A stretch of 50,968 nt of DNA, from the NCBI GenBank assembly GCA_964631145.1, contig CAZVXT010000001.1, positions 1-50,968 of the forward strand. The letters run 5' to 3'. Position 1 is the first letter of the stretch. Each line of letters opens with the position of its first letter. Source of the DNA: an uncultured Candidatus Saccharibacteria bacterium (GTDB lineage: Bacteria > Patescibacteriota > Doudnabacteria > UBA920). Positions 1 through 9,647 of the stretch are shown piece after piece. A model generated the notes under the pieces. The model saw only the letters and a program-made list of their open reading frames with translations, was not told where the DNA came from and did not search any database. The position numbers and the translations under genes are program-made.

Positions 1-3000
1 CTGCGGCAATAGCACCAGAAGAGTTTACTTGGAAGAGGTCGCCAGATCCTACGGTTAACAAACTTGCAGGGGAGGTATCACCGATCCCGACGTTGCCGCC
101 ATTTGGATTTAGACTTATTGCCCATTTGGCACTTAAATCAGTTGAAGAAGTTGCTTGTAGCCAAGCAGTTCCAGTACCATTATTAACCCCCATATCAAGA
201 ACTTGAGTTCCAGGAGAAGTAGTAATCAAACGCATTACCCCTGTTTGAGTTGTTCCAGAAGTAGCAGGATAACCACTTGAACCTAACACTTGAAGCTTAA
301 GAGCTGGACTACTCGTCCCTATCCCCACATTACCACTCGCAACCACTAAGGCAGCTGGGTTAGTTATGGTTACGTTAGAACCTGCAGTAGGAGGTCCTGC
401 AATGTATAAGGTTGATGCTGAGGTGTAAGTTGTTGCAGAGGAAGCTGCAAAGGTTGGAATACCTAAACTATTAGCAACAGCGTTGGCTACAGTTCCAGTA
501 CTTGATGTGTCAGTATATGTTGCAGCTGCGCCTTGGAGTGCAATACCGTTGACTCCCCAGGCAGAGGCAGAGCGGTTACCAGAAATGATATTATAGTTAC
601 TCGTTAGTCCTGCATAACCGCTGTCATCAGCTAAACGAAGATCTAGAGCAGAGCCATTGCGTTTGATAGCTGGGAAGCTGGAAGAAGTGCCGCCGAAATT
701 CAAACTGGTAAAATTGTTTTGAGCTGCATTCATTAATGTTATTTGTCCGTCTACAGGTGAATTAACAACAGAATGAGTTGACCAAGAAAGGGCTCCAGTT
801 GCATTTAAGGATAATCCCGAAAATGCTCCAACGGATTGTGAAGTAACATACCCTGATTTCAGAACAGAAAACTTACTTACGCCACCTACTTGCAAATCCA
901 TTAATACTGAATTAGCATTACTAGCATTATCTGTAACATTTAATTTTACAGCAGTTGGCGTACCACTTGTACTCCATGTTTGAGCAATATTTAATACAGA
1001 TCCAGTAAGTGCACCAGAACCAGCCAAGGTAGTATCTAAAATATCTAAACGAGCATTAGGTGAAGTATTGCCAATACCGACGTTGCCAGAAGAAAGTATA
1101 GTTATATGCTGCGAACCAGAACCATTTGCTCCTAAGTACATGCTACCGGTATTAGAATTAATATATAAGCTTTGTCCAGAAGTGCTTTGATAAATGTTAG
1201 CGCTATTAGCACCTGAAAATACCAATTCAGAACTGACTGTATTTGCGATAGCAATACTGCTATTAAAAGTATTCTGTTGCGAAAAAATATTTAACTGATC
1301 TAAATACGCTACATTAGATAGCGTGCCGCCAGTGTTGATGTTCGCACCACCTACTAGCAAGGAACCTGCATCAAAAGATGCATACCCAGAGTCATCAGCA
1401 AGACGTGCTTGTAAAGTAGTACCGCTTCGTTTAATAGCTGGGAACGATGATGTCGTGCCGCCGAAATTCAATCTAGAAAAATCTGTGTGCGCATTATTAT
1501 ACAAATCTATCACCCCATCTGCGGATGAAAATATTGCGCTTCTTCCACCACTACTACCGAAACGTAAGTAACCACTTCCAGCTGTTAGGGTAATATTTCC
1601 ACTTGTGTTAATAGATCCAAGGACATCTAAAGCAGAAACAGGCGTACTCGTCCCTATCCCCACATTACCACTAGCAACCACTAAGGCAGCAGGGTTGGTT
1701 ATGGTTACGTTAGAACCTGCAGTTGGAGGTCCTGCAATGTATAAGGTTGAAGCTGAGGTGTACGTTGTTGCAGAGGAAGCTGCAAAGGTTGGAATACCTA
1801 AACTATTAGCAACAGCATTAGCTACTGTTCCTGAAGAAGAAGTGTCCGTATAGATAGCTGCTGCACCTTGGAGGGCAATACCGTTTACTCCCCAGGCAGA
1901 AGAAGAACGATTGCTTGTAAGCAGTAAAGAATTTGCAGTTAAACCACCATAGCCAGTAGACGCGTCGCTGACTTTTAAAATTCCAGCAGCGGACCTAGCC
2001 AATGCAACATCTGCAGAACCTGCCAAAGCGTCGGTGTTATCCTTCCATGTGATAATTGCATTTGAATTTAATACTTCCCTATTATTAATACCGTCTAAAT
2101 AAAGTTTTGTTGTACCAGAGCTATTAGCTCTAATTTGATCACTCGCGTACAACTGTCCCAAGGCTAAGTTAGTATAGGCAGAGTTGTCTGCCAAGCTTAA
2201 GTTTAAGTTTGCGCCGCTAACTTGTAGAGAAGGGAAGCTAGAAGTGGTACCACCAAACTGTAGCCTAGAAAATCCTGTGCCCGCGTTGTTTGATAATCTA
2301 ATATTACCATCTGCGTCGGAATACAATTTACTTCTATTTGTCCAACCTATCCAAGCAGCGTTTGCCCCTGAAACGGCATTATTAAATAAAATGGTATTTG
2401 CATCATACTGATTACCGTTTTGGTCAATTCTAAATTTACTACTGCCATTAACTTCTAACTTTAATAAATCACCTGCAAACCCACTAACAGCATTCACACC
2501 TATTGCTGTACCACCAGTAGACCAATTGTTTGAAGTAGTTCCGGTTGGTTCTATGAGTAATTGTGGTTTGGTGGTAGTTGCATCACCACCTGTAAACCAA
2601 GTCCCGGTTAAAGCAACAGAAGGAGTGGAAGCAGCTCCATTTGCAGGAATAACAATGTTGTCAGTTGAAGTTGCTGGCTGTAAGGCTGTGCCAGAACGAG
2701 ACCAGTAACCAAGAGAGCCGCTGGTTGGAGCGGTAGTAGTTAAATTCTTAGATGCGTCGGTATACACAGCACTACTTGCAGATAAGCCAGAGAAGTTAAT
2801 TGTTCCAGAAGAAGTAATACCTGTAGCTGCTGCAATAGCACCGGAAGAGTTCACTTGGAACAAGTCACCGTTACCTACTGTCAGTAATGCTGCTGGGGAG
2901 GTGTCGCCGATGCCAAAATTACCTGCTGAATCGAAAATTCCTACATCGGTATTATTTGTATTGAATTTAATATTCTTATTTACTCCTGTACCCATAGCAA

Positions 3001-6000
3001 TATATGAATTGCCTGAGCCTGATGAGCTATAGAAATTAGTACCAAAAAAGTTTGTAGCATAACCGTTAGTACCACCAAATGTACCTACATCATTGGCATA
3101 GAATAAGGTTGTACCTCCATTTTTTACTTCAAATCTATATACTGGCGTACTCGTCCCTATCCCCACATTACCACTCGCAACCACTAAGGCAGCTGGGTTA
3201 GTTATGGTTACGTTAGAACCTGCAGTAGGAGGTCCTGCAATGTATAAGGTTGATGCTGAGGTGTAAGTTGTTGCAGAGGAAGCTGCAAAGGTTGGAATAC
3301 CTAAACTATTAGCAACAGCGTTGGCTACAGTTCCAGTTGAAGTGGTGTCTGTATAGGTTGCAGCTGCGCCTTGGAGGGCAATACCGTTTACTCCCCAGGC
3401 AGAGGCAGAGCGGTTGCCTCCAAGCGTCAAAAGACCAGCAGGATTGCTTACTCCTATACCTACATTGCCGGATCCAGATAAAATTCTCATTTTCTCACCA
3501 GCTGAACCATAGCCTGTATAAAAAATCAAATCTACCTGATCGAGCCCGGAAGCATTTGTTTTACCTTCTATTCCAGCATATGCACTTGAATACGAAGGAT
3601 TGTAAAATTTAATTATTCCCTGACTAGTACTTACAGCATTACCGCCAAATAATCCAATAGATGATGAAACAGATAACTTTTCTCCGGGACTCGTCGTCCC
3701 AATCCCCACATTACCGCCTTGCTGAATACGCATATACTCAGCTGCTGTACCACTAAAACCACCGATCGCCCCAAAAGCTAAATCAGATATATTGTTTCCT
3801 CTAGTAATACTTGCTACATAATTTCCATCTCCAACATTTGAGTCAGCACCACGAGGTACTAAACGCAATGAGGCGTACGAATTCACTATGGCACTGTCGT
3901 TACTAATAACTAATCCGGAAGTGTCCGTATTTAAATCTATCGCTGAATTATTTACATTATTAGAAATTTCGGTTCTAGCATAAGGACTACTCGCACCAAT
4001 ACCAACATTGCCGCTAGTCTCCAAAATAAATTGTGGGGCTATTGAGGTGCTTGGTGTAAAAATATTACCAGCTGTTAGATTTAAAGAATGCGTAGTCTGA
4101 ATCCAGTTTTTGGATCCATCGTCACCAAAGAAAAATTTATTGTTTGGATCGTTAAATCTAAAAATATTCCAATTCTGTGTTCCAGAAGTAACTCCAGAAA
4201 AATTAGTTATTAACTGAGATGGATTCGCCCATTGCTGTGCAGATAAATTTCCAGTTGAGTCATAAAAACCAAGTGCAGCAGTTGCGTTACTTTTAATTGA
4301 CAAAGATTCTACTGGAGAAGAATTACCTATCCCCACATTGCCATTAAAGTACGCCACTCCACCTGTAGGTGTAGTAGAACTTCCAACCGAAAGATTACCA
4401 AGCGTATATATATTGTCAGTGTTGGTTGTCGGAGAAAGGGTTGTACCACTGCGTGACCAGTAACCAATGGTCCCACTAATTGGCGCTGTGGTAGTAAGAG
4501 CAGAAAACGCGTCAGTATACACAACGCTATTGGTAGCCAAGCCAGAAAATGTAGCAGAAGCAGAGAAGGTGGGATTAGTACCAAACACTAATGCCCCAGT
4601 ACCAGTCTCATCGGTTACTGCAGTCAACAAATTTACACTGGAAGGTGCAGTTAAGAATGTCACAACTCCGCTGGCCAATCCAGATACACCAGTGCTAATT
4701 GGAAGTCCCGTACCATTAGTAAGTGTTACCGCTGATGGTATTCCTAAATTAGGAGTAACAAGTACCGGGCTATTAGCCAAAACCAGATTACCAGTTCCCG
4801 TTTCATCAGAGATCACAGAAGCAATCCCTGATGAGGTTGTAACTGCCGAAAACGGTGATGCACCATTTCCCATAAGCAATCCTGTTAAGCTTGTCGCACC
4901 ACTACCGCCATTACCAACCCCTAATGTACCCGATACTTCTGCGGTGGACAGATCTACGGCCGTAGTCGTAGAACCAGATCCTGTAAAGAATGCGGAAGTT
5001 ACTAAATCCGAAACATAATTATCAGTTAAGGCTGTACCATTCCATACACCAGTGGTTATAGTACCGACTGTTATAATAGATGATTGTCCAGTATATGTAG
5101 CTGCTATGTCGATAGTTGGATTACCGGCAATACCACTTCCATTAGTTACGGCAATACGGTCGTTGGTACCGGTTAGTGTGCGTGCAGTGCTGACGTTATT
5201 TGCTGTACGCACCACTAAGCCATTGCTCCCTGGATCGCCCAATGAAGTCAAAGATTGCTGGTCAAGTTGATATCTCGTTGCGCCGATAGTAATGTACAAA
5301 TGAGAACCATCATACTCAACAGCACCATCTTCAGGTATTGCAAGATTAGCGCCTGCAGATATTTTTAGTGGAGCTGTTCCAGCCGCTACAGTCCCAGCTG
5401 CAATCGTTATTCGTGCTGAAGGGGTTATTGTACCAACACCCAAAGAATTACTTCCGGTATCCCAAAATAAATTATTATTGCTTTGTGCCAAGTTACCAGC
5501 ACCATCTACAAACAAGATAGAACCAGCAGTACCGCTAGTAACCGAACTACCAATCGCCCCTACTCCGCATGATGCACCTGCTACACCTACAACACCGCTA
5601 TTATCAACTTGCAAACACTTGGTACCATTTCCAGCTAAACCACTTAAGGTTAAATTATTTATAGTAGCCGTTCCAGTTATACTTGCTGTGTTTGTGTAAA
5701 ATCTTGTTGAAGACAAATCAGTTGCAGAAAACAAACTTACACCAGAAACATTTGTAGAAGGACTTGCCGGAATGTAAGTAATCACCGCAGGGGCTGTTGC
5801 TGTCTGATTATTATTTGATTGTCCAACTGACTTACTAATTAAATCTCCAAACCATCCAGCTTCAATCACCTGTTGAATGTTTCTCATTACCAATCTATCA
5901 ATCTCTCTTTCGTCGTACTTACCTAGATCAAATGTATTACGTTGAGCATATCCCTTAACCATGTTACTAGTCGTGAGACTACTATTATCAACCATGCTCA

Positions 6001-6355
6001 ACACACGACCACTGACTACTTGAGCTGGTGCAACAGCTTCACCTCTTGGCATGAAAACCAAAGGCTTAGAGTGTTCATTTATATCAACCGACTTAAATAA
6101 GTTTGCTACCCCAGGAAATTCTGGTACATGCAAATTATTTAACCCAAGTCCTGTTTTTACAACTGCAATTTTATCGTTAACAATATTTAAAACAGTTTGC
6201 TTTTGTTCAATGTTATAAAAATATGAAGTAGTAATTCCATAAAACGCCAAAGCTATAATCCAGGCAAACAAATATTTAGTCTTAAGATAACCGTGCTTCT
6301 TAATCTGCAATTGCTTTTCGTTAGCAATTAAATTGATCTCTAATTTAGGACGCAT
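1..6355 (-). CDS. Giant (>2118 aa, runs off the left edge) membrane-anchored, tail-fibre-like repeat protein with recurring GNVGIG motifs
   Basis: Not in the ORF track. Manual translation from ATG at 6355 (MRPKLEINLIANEKQLQIKKHGYLKTKYLFAWIIALAFYGITTSYFY...) stays in one frame down to position 2; frame checked at 5464, 4459, 2704 and 4. GGAGGTGG lies upstream. The sequence is Gly/Ser/Thr/Asn/Ala-rich with repeated GNVGIG(T) motifs and an N-terminal hydrophobic helix. Confidence 0.9.
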   Translation of the reverse strand, partial: MRPKLEINLIANEKQLQIKKHGYLKTKYLFAWIIALAFYGITTSYFYNIEQKQTVLNIVNDKIAVVKTGLGLNNLHVPEFPGVANLFKSVDINEHSKPLVFMPRGEAVAPAQVVSGRVLSMVDNSSLTTSNMVKGYAQRNTFDLGKYDEREIDRLVMRNIQQVIEAGWFGDLISKSVGQSNNNQTATAPAVITYIPASPSTNVSGVSLFSATDLSSTRFYTNTASITGTATINNLTLSGLAGNGTKCLQVDNSGVVGVAGASCGVGAIGSSVTSGTAGSILFVDGAGNLAQSNNNLFWDTGSNSLGVGTITPSARITIAAGTVAAGTAPLKISAGANLAIPEDGAVEYDGSHLYITIGATRYQLDQQSLTSLGDPGSNGLVVRTANNVSTARTLTGTNDRIAVTNGSGIAGNPTIDIAATYTGQSSIITVGTITTGVWNGTALTDNYVSDLVTSAFFTGSGSTTTAVDLSTAEVSGTLGVGNGGSGATSLTGLLMGNGASPFSAVTTSSGIASVISDETGTGNLVLANSPVLVTPNLGIPSAVTLTNGTGLPISTGVSGLASGVVTFLTAPSSVNLLTAVTDETGTGALVFGTNPTFSASATFSGLATNSVVYTDAFSALTTTAPISGTIGYWSRSGTTLSPTTNTDNIYTLGNLSVGSSTTPTGGVAYFNGNVGIGNSSPVESLSIKSNATAALGFYDSTGNLSAQQWANPSQLITNFSGVTSGTQNWNIFRFNDPNNKFFFGDDGSKNWIQTTHSLNLTAGNIFTPSTSIAPQFILETSGNVGIGASSPYARTEISNNVNNSAIDLNTDTSGLVISNDSAIVNSYASLRLVPRGADSNVGDGNYVASITRGNNISDLAFGAIGGFSGTAAEYMRIQQGGNVGIGTTSPGEKLSVSSSIGLFGGNAVSTSQGIIKFYNPSYSSAYAGIEGKTNASGLDQVDLIFYTGYGSAGEKMRILSGSGNVGIGVSNPAGLLTLGGNRSASAWGVNGIALQGAAATYTDTTSTGTVANAVANSLGIPTFAASSATTYTSASTLYIAGPPTAGSNVTITNPAALVVASGNVGIGTSTPVYRFEVKNGGTTLFYANDVGTFGGTNGYATNFFGTNFYSSSGSGNSYIAMGTGVNKNIKFNTNNTDVGIFDSAGNFGIGDTSPAALLTVGNGDLFQVNSSGAIAAATGITSSGTINFSGLSASSAVYTDASKNLTTTAPTSGSLGYWSRSGTALQPATSTDNIVIPANGAASTPSVALTGTWFTGGDATTTKPQLLIEPTGTTSNNWSTGGTAIGVNAVSGFAGDLLKLEVNGSSKFRIDQNGNQYDANTILFNNAVSGANAAWIGWTNRSKLYSDADGNIRLSNNAGTGFSRLQFGGTTSSFPSLQVSGANLNLSLADNSAYTNLALGQLYASDQIRANSSGTTKLYLDGINNREVLNSNAIITWKDNTDALAGSADVALARSAAGILKVSDASTGYGGLTANSLLLTSNRSSSAWGVNGIALQGAAAIYTDTSSSGTVANAVANSLGIPTFAASSATTYTSASTLYIAGPPTAGSNVTITNPAALVVASGNVGIGTSTPVSALDVLGSINTSGNITLTAGSGYLRFGSSGGRSAIFSSADGVIDLYNNAHTDFSRLNFGGTTSSFPAIKRSGTTLQARLADDSGYASFDAGSLLVGGANINTGGTLSNVAYLDQLNIFSQQNTFNSSIAIANTVSSELVFSGANSANIYQSTSGQSLYINSNTGSMYLGANGSGSQHITILSSGNVGIGNTSPNARLDILDTTLAGSGALTGSVLNIAQTWSTSGTPTAVKLNVTDNASNANSVLMDLQVGGVSKFSVLKSGYVTSQSVGAFSGLSLNATGALSWSTHSVVNSPVDGQITLMNAAQNNFTSLNFGGTSSSFPAIKRNGSALDLRLADDSGYAGLTSNYNIISGNRSASAWGVNGIALQGAAATYTDTSSTGTVANAVANSLGIPTFAASSATTYTSASTLYIAGPPTAGSNVTITNPAALVVASGNVGIGTSSPALKLQVLGSSGYPATSGTTQTGVMRLITTSPGTQVLDMGVNNGTGTAWLQATSSTDLSAKWAISLNPNGGNVGIGDTSPASLLTVGSGDLFQVNSSGAIAA
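311..577 (-). repeat. 267-nt intragenic repeat, copy 1 (89 aa: NRSASAWGVNGIALQGAAATYTDT...ALVVASGNVGIGTS)
   Basis: Direct sequence comparison. 311-499 is identical to 3149-3337. Confidence 0.95.
1646..1912 (-). repeat. 267-nt intragenic repeat, copy 2
   Basis: Near-identical to copies 1 and 3 with scattered, mostly synonymous differences. In frame (offset 1335 nt). Confidence 0.95.
3149..3415 (-). repeat. 267-nt intragenic repeat, copy 3
   Basis: Offset 2838 nt from copy 1 (in frame). The first ~189 nt on the + strand are identical to copy 1. Confidence 0.95.
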
Positions 6356-6599
6356 AGCCACCTCCCAATCCCTCAAACTTCTTCAAAAACTTTCTATGCT
6401 TTATTTCCTGTTGTTTAGAATATGCCAAAACAGCTTGACGTGTAGTCAACCAATCGCGAGAAATCTTTAACGCTGGAAGTCTTCCTTTACGAGCTAGTAA
6501 AGATAAGTATTCTGAACTATAAGGAGTAAGCTTCGAAGCGTCAGAGATAGAAATAAGTTGTCCTGAAGCGAGTAATATCTGCTTCTCTTTTTCTGACAT
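6345..6599 (-). CDS. Small excisionase/MerR-like helix-turn-helix protein
   Basis: ISISDASKLTPYSSEYLSLLARKGRLPALKISRDWLTT matches the HTH_17/Xis-like pattern. Overlaps the start of the giant ORF by 11 nt. Confidence 0.75.
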   Translation of the reverse strand: MSEKEKQILLASGQLISISDASKLTPYSSEYLSLLARKGRLPALKISRDWLTTRQAVLAYSKQQEIKHRKFLKKFEGLGGGYAS

Positions 6600-6754
6600 T
6601 TCTAAATTGTATTTTTATTTTTGTTTCGTTATCCAATATATGATTGTTTAAACTATCATAATCGTCTATCCGATACTCTTATAACCTAATTTTAGCAAAA
6701 ATTAGCACTAAAATCAACCAGGTTAATATATACACTTAAGTGCATTAGACAAAC

Positions 6755-6780
6755 TTAAAACGTCCTTTCGGGCGTTTTAA
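6755..6780 (-). terminator. Intrinsic terminator downstream of rplS
   Basis: Hairpin ttaaaacgtcc-tttc-gggcgttttaa. Confidence 0.7.
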
Positions 6781-6799
6781 AAAGTTTTATATAAATTTA

Positions 6800-7180
6800 C
6801 TACTTAGCCTTTGCTTTATTAGGTCCAATTTTAGACTTAGTAGAATTTTTGCGAATTCTAGGTGCGTTATCACGAAGCTTTCTGACATAATAAAGTTTGC
6901 TTTGTGTGACAACACTATCTTTAACTATTTCTAGTTTTGCAATGTTTGGAGAATGTAAAGGATAAATACGCTCTACCCCTACTCCATTACTAATTTTACG
7001 AACAGTAAATGTAGCGTTTACTCCATTACCACCCTTGCGAGCGATAACCAAACCTTCAAAGATCTGAATACGTTCTTTACCGGCTTCTTTAATACGGTTA
7101 TGAACTTTAACAGTAAATCCAGTCTTAAATTCTGGCAATTCTCTGACTTGTTCGGTTTTTAAATTTTTTACAATTGGCAT
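6800..7180 (-). CDS. rplS: 50S ribosomal protein L19
   Basis: GFTVKVHNRIKEAGKERIQIFEGLVIARKG...TFTVRKISNGVGVERIYPLHSP. Confidence 0.98.
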   Translation of the reverse strand: MPIVKNLKTEQVRELPEFKTGFTVKVHNRIKEAGKERIQIFEGLVIARKGGNGVNATFTVRKISNGVGVERIYPLHSPNIAKLEIVKDSVVTQSKLYYVRKLRDNAPRIRKNSTKSKIGPNKAKAK

Positions 7181-7182
7181 AA

Positions 7183-8151
7183 TTATAATAAATTAAGTTT
7201 ATGACTATTTAAGCTTACTAGCAATTCTTTAATATCATTAGGTAATTTACTTTCAACTTTTACCGACTGTCCATCAGGTAAAGGTATAAAGATCGAGTAA
7301 GCATGTAAAGCTTGTCTAGAAAAACCTAATTTTAAAGATTTTTTTCCTCCATATAAAGTGTCTCCTACTAATGGAAACCCTAAGGAAGAAAAATGAACGC
7401 GAATCTGATGCGTTCTACCTGTGTGTAATTTTACCTTAATTAGAGTATATTCGTCAAGTTTTGCAAAATCACCCTTTTTAGCATCTCCATAGGTTAATCT
7501 TTCTAGCACCTGATATTCCGTTAAAGACGCTTTTTGGAGCACCATATCTTGTGTATCTGTTGTATATTTACGAAAGTCCTTTTTGCTTTTACCTAAAGGA
7601 CTGTCTATTAATCCATGCTCATTTGGCAATCTACCACAGACCAAAGCAATATATTCTTTTTTAACTTTTTTCTCCTTCCAAGCCGTCTTCAAGTAATCAT
7701 ACATATCTGAAGTTAAAGCTATAGCTATAACACCACTTGTATCTTTATCTAGTCGATGTACAATACCACTTCTGCCCTCTTCCCCAACCAGATGGATATC
7801 CTTAAAATGATACAACAAACCTTGAGCCAAAGAATTGCCCTTAAACCCAGCACCAGGGTGCACTGGCAATCCAGCAGGCTTATCCAATATTAACAATCCA
7901 TGATTATTGTATAAAGTTTTCAAAGGAATATTGACGGGTCCTGGAATTTCTTCTTTGCTAGGTCTATAAGAAATAGAATCATCTTTTCGCACAACAAATT
8001 TTGGCTCAAGTTTATTTTCGTTATTTACTTTTACTAAACCAGCTTCTATATCTCGCTGAATTTTACTGCGTGACAGATCTGGCAATTGCTCTGCCAAAAA
8101 TTTATCCAGTCTTAATTTTAATTGTTCAACTTTAAAAGTTTTGATTGACAT
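7183..8151 (-). CDS. rluD: RluA/RluD family pseudouridine synthase with S4 domain
   Basis: N-terminal RLDKFLAE...SRSKIQ; catalytic HRLDKDTSG; GRTHQIRVH; GDTLYG. Confidence 0.92.
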   Translation of the reverse strand: MSIKTFKVEQLKLRLDKFLAEQLPDLSRSKIQRDIEAGLVKVNNENKLEPKFVVRKDDSISYRPSKEEIPGPVNIPLKTLYNNHGLLILDKPAGLPVHPGAGFKGNSLAQGLLYHFKDIHLVGEEGRSGIVHRLDKDTSGVIAIALTSDMYDYLKTAWKEKKVKKEYIALVCGRLPNEHGLIDSPLGKSKKDFRKYTTDTQDMVLQKASLTEYQVLERLTYGDAKKGDFAKLDEYTLIKVKLHTGRTHQIRVHFSSLGFPLVGDTLYGGKKSLKLGFSRQALHAYSIFIPLPDGQSVKVESKLPNDIKELLVSLNSHKLNLL

Positions 8152-8387
8152 ATACTAAGTATTAAGATAAGCTAATCTAAAAGTTAAAGCAGGAATTGGT
8201 TATAGTAATGCCGAGTTACTATTTAAGGTTCGATCCCTTAATCCAAATTTTTTGTTTAAAATATAATATATGCAGAATAGGTGGGAGATATGCTTTATGA
8301 ACATATCAACAGTGAGATACCCCAATATTAATATTTTAAATATTAGGCTTTAACCCGTAGTTACATCTTTGAGGTGTAACTACTTTT

Positions 8388-9095
8388 TTATTTTAATAAA
8401 TCTGGTCGACGTTTTTTTGTTCGTTTAATGGACTCTTCTTTTCGCCAAGCCTGAACGTTTGCATGATGTCCGGAAAGCAAAACTTTAGGTACTTTAAATT
8501 TTTTATTATTTACTTCTAAAACTTCTGGCTTAGTATATTGAGGATATTCTAATAAATTATTAGCAAAGCTTTCACTGTCAGCAGACTCATCTTTTCCCAG
8601 CACTCCAGGGATCAATCTTAATACTGCTTCTGAAATAACTAATGACGGTAGCTCCCCTCCCATCAACACGTAATCACCGATAGACATTTCCTCATCTACA
8701 AACTTTCTAACTCTTTCATCAAATCCTTCATAGCGACCACAAACAAAAATTAACTCATCGTATTTAGAAAGACGTAAGGCATGTTGTTGGTTAAAAACTT
8801 TTCCTTGAGGTGACATCAATATCACTCGGGTTTTTTTACGATCTAATTTTTTACTAATTGTTTTTAAAATTGATTTAATAACAACATCTGGTCGCAGCAC
8901 CATGCCAACACCGCCACCATATGGTCTATCATCAACAGTCTTGCGTTTATCCAACCCAAACTTTCTCATATCTACGGCAGCAAATTTTAATAAGCGATTT
9001 TTAATCGCTCGTGCAATAATTCCAAAACTTGTGTAATTATCAATAAAGTTTGGAAACAAAGTTATTATAGATATTTTAAATTTTTTCTTATTCAT
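8388..9095 (-). CDS. trmD: tRNA (guanine37-N1)-methyltransferase
   Basis: VDDRPYGGGVGMV, CGRYEGFDER, SIGDYVLMGGE, LEYPQYTKP, LLSGHHA. Confidence 0.98.
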   Translation of the reverse strand: MNKKKFKISIITLFPNFIDNYTSFGIIARAIKNRLLKFAAVDMRKFGLDKRKTVDDRPYGGGVGMVLRPDVVIKSILKTISKKLDRKKTRVILMSPQGKVFNQQHALRLSKYDELIFVCGRYEGFDERVRKFVDEEMSIGDYVLMGGELPSLVISEAVLRLIPGVLGKDESADSESFANNLLEYPQYTKPEVLEVNNKKFKVPKVLLSGHHANVQAWRKEESIKRTKKRRPDLLK

Positions 9096-9185
9096 TTTAT
9101 TATAATTTCATCAAAAAAATCACAACCTAATCTTAACACAAAACCCGCACTAAAAATTAATGCGGGTTTTGTTTTGATTTCAAAA

Positions 9186-9512
9186 TTATAAGCTGAAATC
9201 CATATCGCCGGAAGCGTCATCATTGTGACTTGCGCCGTGTTCACGACGTGGTCCACGATGAGAACCTTCTGGTTCATGGATCTTCAAGTTTACGCGAGCT
9301 TTATGCTTAGCACCAACCACACGAAGAAGTGTGCGAAGAGCTTTAGCAGTTTGACCCATACGACCAATTACTTGACCCATATCAGCTGGATTAATATGAA
9401 GAGTAATAAGTACTCCCATTTCATCAACTGAACGTTCTGTTTTTACATCACCTGGGTTGTCGACTAGAGCCTTAACGATATATTCTACAAACTCTTGATC
9501 TTGTTCCATCAT
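9186..9512 (-). CDS. khpA: KH-domain RNA-binding protein KhpA
   Basis: EFVEYIVKALVDNP...DMGQVIGRMGQTAKALRTLL (GxxG KH loop); position next to trmD. Confidence 0.93.
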   Translation of the reverse strand: MMEQDQEFVEYIVKALVDNPGDVKTERSVDEMGVLITLHINPADMGQVIGRMGQTAKALRTLLRVVGAKHKARVNLKIHEPEGSHRGPRREHGASHNDDASGDMDFSL

Positions 9513-9613
9513 TGCTTTCGAAAATTTCTGCTATAGAATTTGGGCTTTCGACCTTTCAAGAATTGAGCCATCTATTGCAAAATCATAATAGCATATCCGA
9601 GTCGTATGGTCAA

Positions 9614-9647
9614 TTTAAAAGACATCTCAATAGAGATGTCTTTTAAA
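9614..9647. terminator. Bidirectional terminator after the Ig-repeat gene
   Basis: Perfect inverted repeat tttaaaagacatctc-aata-gagatgtcttttaaa. Confidence 0.8.

Noticed and set aside
1323-5699. Nine short ORF-track entries in 1323-5699 (e.g. 4467-5018 +, 4327-4584 -)
   Set aside because: They are antisense or off-frame shadows of the single giant minus-strand ORF; the Val/Pro-rich composition is the typical mirror of Thr/Gly/Asn codons.
1-6599. Prophage call based on the tail-fibre-like gene and Xis-like HTH
   Set aside because: No integrase, capsid, terminase or lysis genes in the window; the protein has a TM anchor and abuts rplS. Cannot be excluded beyond the left edge.
8290-8331. 13-aa + strand ORF (MLYEHINSEIPQY) with GGAG and an upstream TATAAT
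   Set aside because: Too short to support without conservation data; antisense to the trmD-rluD unit.
9092-9431. ORFs 9092-9277 and 9225-9431
   Set aside because: They overlap khpA and its terminator in other frames and have no recognisable motifs.
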